This document shows, piece by piece, positions 40,851 through 51,400 of a stretch of 64,000 bases of DNA; the first letter of the stretch is position 1; each line of letters begins with the position of its first letter. The notes beneath the pieces were generated by a model. It was not told the DNA's origin and ran no database searches. It saw only the letters and a program-made list of their open reading frames with translations. Source of the DNA: Gemmatimonadales bacterium (GTDB lineage Bacteria > Gemmatimonadota > Gemmatimonadetes > Gemmatimonadales > GWC2-71-9); assembly GCA_041577295.1 (NCBI GenBank), contig JBFGJG010000003.1:128001-192000 (forward strand), given 5' to 3'. The position numbers and the translations under genes were made by a program.

Positions 40851-41681
40851 ATGAGAACACACCACTTGCTGGCTGCTGCACTCTCCGCCCTTCCGGCTTT
40901 GGGCGTTCCCTCGCTGTCACCCGCACAGGAATTCGAGGGAACGGTGCGCACACGATCCATTTCGATCTCGGTGGAAGCGTTTTGGGAGCGTATGGAGTCG
41001 CTCGACCCACACGCGATTCTCAACGTGCCGATCCAGGACATCTTGAGAATGCGCGACGTGGAAGTCGAAGAAGTGATCCACTACGTGAAAGGATCCAAGT
41101 TCCGCACACAGCCCGTTGGCGGAAACGCGCCGTATGGGGTCGCCGATCTCGACCGCGGGATCTTCTTGAACGTTCAACCCGATGAGCAGGTCTACGTCGA
41201 ATGGACCCTCGCGGACATGCAAGACGGCATGGGGCCGATGACCGGGCCGATGCCGAAGGGTAGCGAGAATTACGATGCGCCGAAGGAGGACGCAACGATT
41301 CGGCCATTGGGAAAGACGCGCACGATCAACGGAGCCCGGACTACAGGTTACGAAGTTCGCTCGGGGGAAGATATCACCTGGGCGTGGGTAACCAACGAGT
41401 TCACTGCTGCGACCCGGGCGTTCCGCCGCATGATCGAAGACATGGACAAGCTGATGCCCGGCGATGACGACGATGATGATGCGATGGCGCTCTACGCTCA
41501 GCACGGGCTCCCAATGCTCGTCCAGGAGCTCACGGTCTACGATGGTCAGGCCGACGGTTCGTATGAGATCGAGGAGATTATTCGAGTCCAGCAGGAGAGC
41601 GTTTCTGACAGCATGTTCGAAGCCCCTGCAGGTTATCGAAAGATGACCCTGCAAGACATGATGCGTAGGATGATGCAGTAA
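40851..41681 (+). CDS. Secreted DUF4412-like protein
   Basis: Signal peptide ..AQ/EFEG; LGKTRTING, GLPM, SDSMFEAPAGY. Confidence 0.75.
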   Translation: MRTHHLLAAALSALPALGVPSLSPAQEFEGTVRTRSISISVEAFWERMESLDPHAILNVPIQDILRMRDVEVEEVIHYVKGSKFRTQPVGGNAPYGVADLDRGIFLNVQPDEQVYVEWTLADMQDGMGPMTGPMPKGSENYDAPKEDATIRPLGKTRTINGARTTGYEVRSGEDITWAWVTNEFTAATRAFRRMIEDMDKLMPGDDDDDDAMALYAQHGLPMLVQELTVYDGQADGSYEIEEIIRVQQESVSDSMFEAPAGYRKMTLQDMMRRMMQ

Positions 41682-41747
41682 ACGCGGCCGTCAGTGTGCG
41701 GTCGCAAACGTGTGGTGTGCTGTGTGCGCGGCGCCGGTGTCTTGCCG

Positions 41748-42023
41748 TCAGGCAAGGCTGTCGGTGCCGCGCCACTCGTAGCCGCACCGGCGGCAGTGCC
41801 ACTCGGGAGCCTCGCGGTAGATTACGCAACCTCCCAGATGAACCCTCCCCTCACCCGCCGACTCTACGAGATCCGGGCCAGGTAGACCATAGACGATGGG
41901 AATCCCGGTTCGCGACTGGCAGACCGGGCAAGGCTGCGCGCTGACCGCTCTCTCGTCGGAACCGGCCTGAGAGGCAGAGCGCTTAGCACGACGCGCAGTG
42001 GTGCTCGATCGACGCTTGTCCAT
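41748..42023 (-). CDS. Small zinc-ribbon-like hypothetical protein
   Basis: CPVC...IPIVYGLP...LGGCVI...WHCRRCGYEW. Confidence 0.65.
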   Translation of the reverse strand: MDKRRSSTTARRAKRSASQAGSDERAVSAQPCPVCQSRTGIPIVYGLPGPDLVESAGEGRVHLGGCVIYREAPEWHCRRCGYEWRGTDSLA

Positions 42024-42066
42024 TGCTACCAATTTATGGCATTGGTAGCCCCAATGCCCAGTCCAC

Positions 42067-42095
42067 TTGACGGCCGCGCCACAGTTTTTCATATT
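42067..42095 (+). promoter_or_regulatory. Sigma-70-like promoter of arsR (short leader or leaderless)
   Basis: TTGACG-17 bp-CATATT, ending 9 nt before ATG 42105. Confidence 0.55.
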
Positions 42096-42113
42096 GGTAA
42101 CCATATGGTTACC
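42096..42113. promoter_or_regulatory. Perfect 18-bp palindrome, likely ArsR autoregulatory operator
   Basis: GGTAACCATATGGTTACC overlaps the start codon. Confidence 0.75.
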
Positions 42114-42440
42114 TTTTCGAAACGCCTCGATCGCACCTTCCACGCCCTGGCCGACAGCACTCGCCGCGCCATCCTCACGCGCCTTGCCGAGGGGGAAAGC
42201 ACGGTTGGTGAGCTGGCGCGACCATTTCGCATGACGCGCCCGGCCATCTCTAAACACCTTCGCGTGCTGGAGCGAGCCGGGCTGGTCAACCGACAGCGCG
42301 ACGGCCGGATCAGTCGGTGCCGCCTTGACGCGTCGCCCATGCGAGATGCCGCGGAATGGGTGGAGCGATACCGCCGGTATTGGGAAGGGCAGCTCGATGC
42401 ACTGGCACGCTACCTCGACGAACAGGAGACGGAATCATGA
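42105..42440 (+). CDS. ArsR/SmtB-family transcriptional regulator
   Basis: FHALADSTRRAIL, AISKHLRVLERAGLV, W...LD.L..YL. Confidence 0.93.
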   Translation: MVTFSKRLDRTFHALADSTRRAILTRLAEGESTVGELARPFRMTRPAISKHLRVLERAGLVNRQRDGRISRCRLDASPMRDAAEWVERYRRYWEGQLDALARYLDEQETES

Positions 42441-42883
42441 CGTCCAACATCTCAGCCGCACACACCCTTCGCCTCACCCGTGTCATCAAGGCGTCGCCGG
42501 ATCGTGTCTTCCAAGCATGGACTCAACCGGAACATCTGAAGCGATGGTCGGCCCCTGAAGGGTACGACGTTCAGATCGCCGAAGTCGATTTGCGCGTGGG
42601 CGGTGCCTACCGGATTCGGATGAAGTCTGCCGAGGGTACCATTCACACCGCGGTCGGGACGTACCGCGAGGTCTCACCTCCGTCAAAGCTTGTGTACACG
42701 TGGTCGTGGGAGGAGTCGGATGATCACGAGCCGGTCGAGACGCTGGTGACGGTAGAGTTCCGTGATCGCCGCGGGTCCACAGAGGTGGTGCTCACGCACG
42801 AGGGATTCGGCTCGGCCGAGGAGAGTCACGACCACGCGTCCGGTTGGGCGAGTTGCCTCAATCGCCTCGAGCGGCTTTTCTAA
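42437..42883 (+). CDS. SRPBCC/AHSA1-domain protein
   Basis: RVFQAWT.PE.LKRW, DLRVGGAYR, LVYTW, GW..CL..L; ATGA coupling to arsR. Confidence 0.92.
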   Translation: MTSNISAAHTLRLTRVIKASPDRVFQAWTQPEHLKRWSAPEGYDVQIAEVDLRVGGAYRIRMKSAEGTIHTAVGTYREVSPPSKLVYTWSWEESDDHEPVETLVTVEFRDRRGSTEVVLTHEGFGSAEESHDHASGWASCLNRLERLF

Positions 42884-42904
42884 TCATCAGGTCAGCCGTC
42901 ACCA

Positions 42905-42937
42905 AACCGCCCGCCTTCGATGGGAAGGCGGGCGGTT
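42905..42937. terminator. Hairpin between convergent genes (likely bidirectional terminator)
   Basis: Perfect 14-bp stem AACCGCCCGCCTTC-GATGG-GAAGGCGGGCGGTT; no strong U-tract. Confidence 0.65.
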
Positions 42938-42944
42938 GGTGTCA

Positions 42945-43499
42945 TCAGTGCCAGATGACCCCGAAGGTGAAGAGTAGCGAGGCGGTGGTCGCCTCGTCGA
43001 AGAACTGCACCATGAGATCGACGTTGGGAGTCACGAAGAAGTTGCCCCCTAACCGGAGGTCGTAGCCAGTTCCGAACGTCGTACCGAGGCCCGTCTGCTC
43101 TACCCCCGCACGGGTTGCCGACGCGACGCCACCGCCCGTCTTAAGAAACCACCCACCGCGGGCGCTTGGGTAGAGCAGCGCCGAGGCCGTAACGTTTACT
43201 CGGTCCACGTCTTGACCGAACCTGTCTTCCCGAAACCATGCGAGTGCCTCGCCACCGAAGAGCACATGCGGGTTGACCGTACCACCCATGCGGAAATAGC
43301 CGGCTGCTCCACGCCCCCGATTCCCGAAGTCGAAGTCGAACTCTTCCCATCCACCGCCGAGCCCAAAGCCGATCCAGAAACCCCGATGTGGTGAGGATTC
43401 CTGCAAGCCGCGCGGTGGCGAACGATGTTGCGCGGCGAGGGGTGTCACAGCTCCACCTAGCAGGAAGGCACTAATAACGAGGAACGCTCCGAGGCGCAT
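42945..43499 (-). CDS. Small outer-membrane beta-barrel protein
   Basis: Signal peptide (..LAAQ), alternating Gly/aromatic strands, C-terminal FTFGVIWH. Confidence 0.7.
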   Translation of the reverse strand: MRLGAFLVISAFLLGGAVTPLAAQHRSPPRGLQESSPHRGFWIGFGLGGGWEEFDFDFGNRGRGAAGYFRMGGTVNPHVLFGGEALAWFREDRFGQDVDRVNVTASALLYPSARGGWFLKTGGGVASATRAGVEQTGLGTTFGTGYDLRLGGNFFVTPNVDLMVQFFDEATTASLLFTFGVIWH

Positions 43500-43656
43500 C
43501 GCTCTGCTCCTGAAAGATCCGACGATCCCCAATAGGAAGTTTCGTGCCTATCGGATCATCCCAGTAAGTCTTTCAGAGTCAATGCATTAGAGTCCAGAAA
43601 CGAGACGTGGTACTCGCTGGTTGACTGTTCTGGGGGACACCGCGCCGCGCGAGTGT

Positions 43657-43908
43657 CTACGCCCGCTTCAACCGCCTATAACCCCAGAGCAAGATCAGGG
43701 CACCACCGATGGCGATCGCGAGGCTCCGAATGTCGAACCCAACCACCGTACCCAGTCCCAAGAACGATCCGAGGAATCCACCGACCAGCGCGCCCGCGAC
43801 GCCGATCAGACTCGTGACGATGATGCCACCCGGGTCTTTGCCGGGCATGATCAGCTTCGCGAGTGCACCGACAACCAGACCCAACAACGCCCATGAAAGA
43901 ATGCCCAT
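43657..43908 (-). CDS. GlsB/YeaQ/YmgE-family membrane protein
   Basis: MGILSWALLGLVVGALAKLIMPGKDPGG...GALVGG...AIGGALILL. Confidence 0.93.
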   Translation of the reverse strand: MGILSWALLGLVVGALAKLIMPGKDPGGIIVTSLIGVAGALVGGFLGSFLGLGTVVGFDIRSLAIAIGGALILLWGYRRLKRA

Positions 43909-44099
43909 GATACTCTCCTCATACGGTAGAAGCAGTTCTTAACGCACTGACACTATATCCGCCGGGACAAGAGACAGTAAGGAGGAAGGTGAAGAAGAGC
44001 GAAGATTGCGAAGTAAGGTCGCTCTGCAGTTGTCCCCGTTGGTACATCCTGATATACTGCCCGCACGCGTTCTTCAGTCACTTGTTTGGAGGAAGTTGG

Positions 44100-44699
44100 A
44101 TGTCTTCAGTCATGGAACTCATCATGCAGCAGGTAGGAAGCGGGACCGCGTCGCAAGTCGGTCAGCGGCTCGGAAGCAATCAGCAGGTGACCGAAAAGGC
44201 GATGGCCGCGGCCCTACCGTTGGTGCTCGGTGCGCTCGCGCGCAATGCTTCACGTCCGGGTGGCGCCGAGGCATTGCACCGTGCCGTGGCCAAAGACCAC
44301 GATGGCAGCGTACTGGACAACCTCTCGGGGTTCTTCAACAGCTCCGACCTCAACGACGGCAATGCTATTCTTGGTCATGTTTTTGGAAACCGCCGGGCTG
44401 CGATCGAAACCGGCGTCGGTAAGGCGAGCGGCATGAACGGTCAGCAGGTTTCCCAGCTAATGGCCATGCTCGCACCGCTGGTGATGGGTGCCCTCGGGCG
44501 AGTGCAGCGACAGCAAAAGCTCGATTCCGGAGCCCTCTCAAACGTCTTGGCTGCCGAACGACAGCAGGTCGAGGCCAAGAGCCCAGGGCTTGGCGGTCTC
44601 GCCTCGCTACTGGATGCGGACGGAGACGGGCAGATCGCGGACGACCTCATGGGTAAGGTCGGCAAGGGCCTGCTCGGCAGTCTCTTCGGACGCCGTTAA
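44100..44699 (+). CDS. DUF937-domain protein
   Basis: ALP..LGAL.RNA, KDHDGSVLD, GNAILGHVFG, LAPLVMGALG, LLDADGDG. Confidence 0.85.
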   Translation: MSSVMELIMQQVGSGTASQVGQRLGSNQQVTEKAMAAALPLVLGALARNASRPGGAEALHRAVAKDHDGSVLDNLSGFFNSSDLNDGNAILGHVFGNRRAAIETGVGKASGMNGQQVSQLMAMLAPLVMGALGRVQRQQKLDSGALSNVLAAERQQVEAKSPGLGGLASLLDADGDGQIADDLMGKVGKGLLGSLFGRR

Positions 44700-44728
44700 C
44701 GAACACTCTCTACAGTAGGAGAAAAACA

Positions 44729-45202
44729 GTGGGTATCTTCGATTTCGTGAAGGACGCGGGCGCCAAGCTCCTCGGTAAGGACGACGGTGGAGACAAGGCG
44801 CTCATGGAGCAGAATCAGGAAATGATCTTTGCCAACAAGCTCAAGCGCCACATCATGGCGTTGGGTTTCGAGGTAGAGCAGCTCAAGGTCGGGTTCGATG
44901 ACGGCGTGGCCACCGTTCATGGGAAGGCCAAGAGTCAGCAGGAGAAGGAGAAGGTCATCCTCGCCCTGGGCAACACGGAGGGTGTTTCGCGAGTCGACGA
45001 CCGGATGGACGTCGGCGCGCCCGAGCCCGAGGCCAAATTCTATACCGTGAAGAAGGGCGATTCACTCTCAAAGATCGCCAAAGAATACTATGGCGACGCG
45101 ATGAAGTATCCGGCCATCTTTGAGGCCAACAAGCCGATGCTCAAGGACCCGAACCTGATTTATCCGGGTCAGGTGCTGCGCATCCCGGCGCTCGAGAAGT
45201 AA
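44729..45202 (+). CDS. kbp: BON-LysM peptidoglycan/K+-binding protein (Kbp/YgaU family)
   Basis: MGIFDFVKDAG, GNTEGVSRVDD, YTVKKGDSLSKIAK..YG..YP.IFEAN..LIYPGQVLRIP. Confidence 0.9.
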   Translation: MGIFDFVKDAGAKLLGKDDGGDKALMEQNQEMIFANKLKRHIMALGFEVEQLKVGFDDGVATVHGKAKSQQEKEKVILALGNTEGVSRVDDRMDVGAPEPEAKFYTVKKGDSLSKIAKEYYGDAMKYPAIFEANKPMLKDPNLIYPGQVLRIPALEK

Positions 45203-45231
45203 CGCAAGCGTTCGAGCGCGTACGATACACG

Positions 45232-45264
45232 CCCTCCGCGACTGAGTCGCGGGGGGTTTTTTTT
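45232..45264 (+). terminator. Rho-independent terminator
   Basis: CCCTCCGCGAC-TGA-GTCGCGGGGGG followed by T8. Confidence 0.85.
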
Positions 45265-45289
45265 AGAGCGGCGCGTCGCGACTCCAGCG

Positions 45290-48200
45290 TCACGCCAGAT
45301 TCAACGATAGTTGCGATGGGTGAGGATCGCGGGGCTCGACGCCGGGGCACCATCCAACTGCTCGATACCCGCAGAACCGGCATTCGGCCGGGTGATCGGT
45401 CAGCCGCTTGTCCCCTTGCCCTATCGCTTGGAGGTCGTCCTGAATGGCCTGCGATGAGGCCTCACGCGCGGCGTCGTCGATTGGCGCGCTGACGTGCACG
45501 CTCGGGCGAGAGAAGTGAAACGCAAAGCGCGCAACCCGCTTGCTCGAAATCGCCTCTGCTGCCGTCACGTAGACATCGCGCTGCCGCAGGAACCGCGCGG
45601 CTCTGTCGCGGGCGGCTCCGGCGTCCACCGACGACGTCTTGACGTCGAGGAGAACGATCTGCGGTGGTTCCACCGCCGCCAAATCGATCGCACCTTCGAA
45701 AAAGACGTCCGGACTCTGGATGTGTAGAAAGCGCAATTCACGCCGCGCCGTGGGATTGCCGGCAACCCGGCGATAATCGGTGTTTTCGGTAACCTGGGTA
45801 ATCTCTGCACGCAGCATCGAGCGATAGCGTCGCCCCTCAGGTTGCTCTGGTGTGGGCGCGTCGGGGTCGCAACGGTAGATGGCATCTTCGAGCAGTCGAT
45901 CGAGGTCATCGCGCTCGCGAAGATGCTCGAGCACGTCATGCACAATTCTTCCGCGGGTCACGGCATCGATGAACTCAGCGGATGTCCTGTCCACCTCGGG
46001 CTCACGCACACCGACAACGTATTTGAACCAGTGGCGGCGCGGGCACCGGCTGAAGGTGAGGAGCTGTGTCGCCGAGTGTCGCGGCCGCCCGGATACGAGC
46101 GCAACGTCCGGCAACGGCGGTGCCAACACCGAAGCGGGTTCGACAGTGGGAACCGGAGTGGGCGCTGGGCGTGCGGCGAGACGGTCCAGCACCGTTGGAT
46201 CCCCGAGACGCACGCGTCCTTCATACCGTAACCCGTGATGGGACTCGTAGGCAAAGGTCGCCCCATTTTCGCAGCGAACCGGACCGAGAACGCTCCAAAG
46301 GTGATCACCAACCGTGGAACGGAAGTCTCTGGTTGCGCGACCCTGGCGAAGTCCGGACACGATGAGACGTCGTTTGGCTCGAGTCGCCGCGACGTACCAC
46401 AGGCGCTTACGCTCCGCGGAATCCTCGGTAGCGAGCTCATCACGGATCTCGCGCCATGCAACGGGCGCCTGCTGAGCATCGAGCTCGGCCCCTTTGAGCG
46501 AGAGGCTAGTACGGCCTATGAGCAAGTTCTTGTTGTCCCGAAACCGTGCCATCCTTGCCATATCGCACCAGAAAACCACATCCCATTCAAGTCCCTTGGC
46601 ACTGTGGATGGTCGTAATCGTCGCGGCGTCGGCCGGGGGGACCTGCGGAACGTCGCTGTCGTCCGTGCCGGCCTTTCGCACATCGCTCACGATCCTGAGG
46701 AATTCACCGAGGGTCTGGTGCCCCATCGTCTGAACGAGACGCACGAACCGCTCGACGTTTGCCAGACTCTGGAACCGGTGCGGACCCAGCAATCGTAAGT
46801 GGGCCAGATATCCGGTTTGGTCGAACAGCGTCTCGAGGAGCTCGTCGAGTGGCACGCGATCGCGCAGTCGGCCGAGCCGCTCGAGAAGTGCTACGCCCCA
46901 CATCAACAATTCTTGCTCGCGGGTGCGCACCGAGTGGAGTGATGGCCAGTACGGTGCCGGAGTCTGACGGGCGAGGTCGAGGAGGGTTGCATCCTCGAGC
47001 CCGACGAACGGGCTGCGCAGAAACCCGATCAGAGCACGGTCGTCGTACGGGTCACGGATCGTTTCGAGCGCGATGATAAGATCGACGATCTCGCGTTGTT
47101 CGAAGAATCGCGTCGGCTTGAGGGTAATCGCCTTGCCACCGACGCCTTCGATGGCTTGCAGGTGCGTCGCTGCGGTCGCCCAGGTCGGAACCAGGATAGC
47201 GATCGCTCCCCACTCGGTCTCGCCCGTCTCCACGAGTTCCCGCGCGCGATTCGCGACTGCGTGAGCTTCGATCGCCCGGACGTCTTCGCTCAGGAAGTCG
47301 CTCCCATCGGGGCGCGTCGGAACGACGATGAGCTCCACGGGAACACCCTCCGCCTGCTTTGCTTCCGCGATCTCCAGGGGGTAGTACGGCGTCTCACACG
47401 GACGACGGTCGGATCCATCCAGCGGCTCATCGAGGAGCGCCCCCACCGTGTGATCGACAAACCCCAAGATCGCCCCACTACTCCGAAAGTTGTCTGCCAC
47501 AGTGATGACGCTCCCCAACCCTCGACGAAAATCGTGTTCGACCGCGGACCACGCCGTCACGTCAGCACGGCGAAACCGGTAGATACTCTGTTTGGCATCG
47601 CCCACCAACATGAGCGTTGGTGTCTTGGCTTGCCGGAGCGAGGGATCGCCTATGAGATACGCGATCTCCTTCTGAACCGGGTCGACGTCTTGGAATTCGT
47701 CGATAATCAGCGTGTGGATCGTGCGTCGGAGTGCGGTGAGCGCCTCCACATCCCTCGCCAGCAGGTCACGCGTTCGGACGATGATCCGATCGAAGTCAAT
47801 GACCCCCCGTTCATCGAGCCGTGTGTCGAGCATCGCGGACGCCCGCTCCGCTAGCGAGAGCAACGCGCGCTCGCTCGCTGGGAATTCATCGCGACGGGCG
47901 AGCAGATCACCGAGTCGATCGAGATCGCTGAGGAGATCGAGGACAAACCGCTCGACCTCTCGAACGGACCAGTCAGCGAGCAGCTCATCGACGTCGGAGG
48001 AGTCAGCACGTTCGAGCGCCGCGACGAGGGTGTCCCGCACTGCTTGCGCTGTGAGGCCCACCATCGTGGGTTCATCGAGCACCTCTTGTCGCGGACTCGC
48101 ACCCGAGCGCAACGCGAACCGGCGCAAGACATCGCTGCAGAACGCGTGGATCGTCCCGATCCGCGCATTGTCAACCGCATACGCCTCCCGCGGCCTCCCA

Positions 48201-48451
48201 GCATCTCGCAGCGCGCGCCGTACCCTCTGCTTGAGATCAGCCGCCGCAGCGTTGGTGAAGGTGATGGCCACCAGATCCGACAACTGGACCGGATGCTCAA
48301 ACACCACCCCGTTGATCTCCACCCCCAGGAGGAAGAGGATCCGGCCGACGACGGTGCGCGTTTTGCCCGTGCCAGCACCTGCCGAAACGAGGACATGCCG
48401 GTCTGTGGTGCGAACCGCGTCCCACTGCCTTGGCGTGAACTTCACCGCCAC
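45290..48451 (-). CDS. addA: UvrD-type helicase with C-terminal PD-(D/E)XK nuclease (AddA-like)
   Basis: AGAGTGKT, ITFTNAAA, TIHAF, IDEFQD, VGDAKQSIYRFR, TIHSAKGLE, YVAATRA; nuclease G.ID..LDVK; GTG start 48451 or 48445. Confidence 0.85.
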   Translation of the reverse strand: MAVKFTPRQWDAVRTTDRHVLVSAGAGTGKTRTVVGRILFLLGVEINGVVFEHPVQLSDLVAITFTNAAAADLKQRVRRALRDAGRPREAYAVDNARIGTIHAFCSDVLRRFALRSGASPRQEVLDEPTMVGLTAQAVRDTLVAALERADSSDVDELLADWSVREVERFVLDLLSDLDRLGDLLARRDEFPASERALLSLAERASAMLDTRLDERGVIDFDRIIVRTRDLLARDVEALTALRRTIHTLIIDEFQDVDPVQKEIAYLIGDPSLRQAKTPTLMLVGDAKQSIYRFRRADVTAWSAVEHDFRRGLGSVITVADNFRSSGAILGFVDHTVGALLDEPLDGSDRRPCETPYYPLEIAEAKQAEGVPVELIVVPTRPDGSDFLSEDVRAIEAHAVANRARELVETGETEWGAIAILVPTWATAATHLQAIEGVGGKAITLKPTRFFEQREIVDLIIALETIRDPYDDRALIGFLRSPFVGLEDATLLDLARQTPAPYWPSLHSVRTREQELLMWGVALLERLGRLRDRVPLDELLETLFDQTGYLAHLRLLGPHRFQSLANVERFVRLVQTMGHQTLGEFLRIVSDVRKAGTDDSDVPQVPPADAATITTIHSAKGLEWDVVFWCDMARMARFRDNKNLLIGRTSLSLKGAELDAQQAPVAWREIRDELATEDSAERKRLWYVAATRAKRRLIVSGLRQGRATRDFRSTVGDHLWSVLGPVRCENGATFAYESHHGLRYEGRVRLGDPTVLDRLAARPAPTPVPTVEPASVLAPPLPDVALVSGRPRHSATQLLTFSRCPRRHWFKYVVGVREPEVDRTSAEFIDAVTRGRIVHDVLEHLRERDDLDRLLEDAIYRCDPDAPTPEQPEGRRYRSMLRAEITQVTENTDYRRVAGNPTARRELRFLHIQSPDVFFEGAIDLAAVEPPQIVLLDVKTSSVDAGAARDRAARFLRQRDVYVTAAEAISSKRVARFAFHFSRPSVHVSAPIDDAAREASSQAIQDDLQAIGQGDKRLTDHPAECRFCGYRAVGWCPGVEPRDPHPSQLSLNLA

Positions 48452-51400
48452 GTTTCCTTCGTCTTGGGTCCTCCCGGTGTGCGGCAGATGTCCCAGGCGT
48501 GACAGTAGTGTGGGCACAAACAAGACGGTGGCGGTTCTGCGGGAAACACACCGTTCCGTACCCGACGCACCAGCGCTGGCACCCGCTCGAGCGCTCGTTC
48601 CATTTTCGCCAGCTCCCGTTGATTGGGATGACGGATGCCCTGCTTCGGGTTCACCTGGTGAAGGTCGAGTTGATGCACGCGGGCCCGCTCCACAAGCGCG
48701 CGGTACTCGATGCGGGCCACGCGGGCACCTTCGACGAGCTGCTCGAGCGCATGCGCGTAGAGCGGTAGCTGGAGCACCACACCTTCTTCCCACGCTCCTT
48801 TGTCTCCCATTCCGGGCGTTGACAACTTGCTGGTCTTATAATCGACGGCTGCCATGAACCGTCCCGCATCGGCAATGCGCGGGTCGACACCAATCTCCAC
48901 CCGATCGATCGCCCCGCGATACTCGAACCGCACGCCGTCACGTTCCAACACGGCGTGGTCGAACCACCGCTCGTGAAGTGCGACCGCGGTGCGGATCATG
49001 AGCGGCGCCGTCCGTTTCCGCGGATTGTGCATATCCTCGTGGAGCTGAATCTCCCACTCGAGATAGCGACGAAGCAGCCGGAGCAGCTCGGCACGCTTGG
49101 CACGCCGAAGCACGGGTGCTCCCAGCCATGCGGTCGTGCGGAATGCGTCGAGCGAGGCGTCCATGGCGGCGGTCAGCTCCGTGTCCATCCAGGCGCCCGC
49201 GTCCCGGTCGAGCACGACGGGACGCCCGCCGTTTCGCATCACCGCGGCGCGGTAAAAACGGGCGAGCGTGTCGTGCAACAGTGAGCCTCGAACCGCAGGC
49301 TCCATCTCGTCATCGGGATCTTCGAGCTTCTCGACTCGCAGGAGCCGTCCGGAAAAGAACGCCCAGGGACACCTCGCGTAGGACTCGAGCTGCGTTGGGC
49401 TCCACAGGTGGTGATCGCCAAACTGCTCGGCCAGCCACGCGCGGAGCTCCGGATCTTCCACGTACCCTGTGTACGGTGAGGGCACTCCATGCGTACGAAT
49501 CGCCTCGATCCGCGCCGCCCGTACGGCTTGTTCAGCGGCCTGCGGAGTGCGCAGGAGCGGCATCGCTTCAGTGATCAGGGAGTGCGGATCGACGGCGGCG
49601 CGCGTCTCCGTGGCTACGGTGACCAACGCGTCGACAAACGACGACCGGGAGACCTCCTGGCCTGCAGCGTTCAATCTCGGAAAGCTGAGAGTCAATCCGT
49701 CGCGAGCGCTCGCCACGAGGACGCGAAACAAGTTTCGCTCACGGGCGTCCCAATCGTCCCGAGTGTCCAGCGGTAAGCCTGCAGCGACCCAGTCCGCTCG
49801 CTCCGACTCCTCGCTCAACGGTGAGCCCGGGGCCGGTAGTGGGAACTGTCCCTCACTCATGCCGACGAGAAAGACATGATCGAAGCTGCGATACGCGGCC
49901 GCTAGCGCCTCGAGCACCCGCACGCCGCGGGGCGACTCGGACCAGATGCCGACATCCCCTGCGAGCATCTCGGTCAGGCGCCCTGAGAACCGGGCTATCG
50001 TCAGTTGTTCCTCGGCGCCACCCCAGGTTGCGATCGCACGTTGCCACTCTTCTAAGATTTGAGTGAATCCGCGCCATCCCGTGATATCACGCTTCGCGAC
50101 GTCGAACCGATCCTCTGGCACGGCATAGATCCGCTCCTGGATCCGCCACGGGTCCTCACGCAACCAATCGACCAAGCCGCCAAGCCACTCACCCAGCGTG
50201 CGTGGGGCTTCGAGCACGATCGCGCGCTCAGCAAATGCGGCAAAGTTGCGTCGTGCGGCGATCACGCGGGTGACCGGAGGAGGCGGTTGCTCGCGACGCT
50301 CCTTGGCGGTGTCGCGCTCCATCTCATGGCGGTCCGCTTCCGACTCAAGGCCTCCCAGGGCGTTAGCCCAAGCGCTCAGCCCACGCATCCGCCGCCGAAA
50401 ACCGATGTAGTTAAGGACCCGCGAGTCGAGTTGATGCGCGAAATATGGGAGGTCCGCGAGTTCGACGAGTGTCGGACGCGACCAGCCGTCTGCCGCGGCG
50501 CGGTAAAGGGCAAGCACCGCTCGTACTACTGGGATCTCTCGATAGGAAAGACGACGCCGTGCACTGGCGGGAACGCCATACCGGTGCAGCGCGCGGAGGA
50601 CGTACTCCACGTACGGTCGTGCCTGACGCGCCACCACTGCGATCCGATGCAGCGGCACACCCTGGTCCGCAAGCGCGCGGATGCGGCGGCCCACCTCCCC
50701 CAGCTCTCGCTCGACCGTACGTGCTTCCACCGTAATGACGTGGGTCCCGCCCGGCTCCTCATCGTCAAAGAGATGGGACGCTGACGATTCTCTCCCTTCC
50801 ACGGAGTGTGTCTCGACATGGAGCCCGTCGCCAAGGGGAAGCGCATCGGAGCTGTAGATGACGATCCGGTCGAGCGCCCTGTTTGCCGCCAACGTGTTGA
50901 GAAGAACCCGCCACCCACCACGGGGATCGGCCAGCCCCACGATGCGAATTTCTCGCCGCCCCCCTAATCGCTGGGCAAGCCCAGAGGGATCGGCGTGGAT
51001 TGCTCGAGCACAGTCGACGAGGGTGTCTCGTCCGTCTCGTAGGCCGGATCGTTCCAGCGCTTGGACGTATCGGCGGTAGATGGCCACCAGCTCCCGGTTC
51101 CGCGCACCGGTGAACACGTCGATCGACGCAGGAGCCGTTACCGCCTGCGCCAATTGATCCGGCGTCACGTCCTCCGCAATGAGGTCGCCCAGCAGCTGCT
51201 CAAGTGCCGGAAGAAGATCATCGAGTCGTCGCGCGCGCAGAAAGACGTCTGTGCCAACCTGGCGCACGATCTTCCCCAGGAGCGCCGCTCGGGCGAAGTC
51301 ACCGCACGGTGCGCGGTCAGTACAACCGAGCCATTCGGGAAGCTCGTGAAAAACACATAGGGGGGGATCGAACCAACCCGGAATGCCTCGCTGCCCGGCT

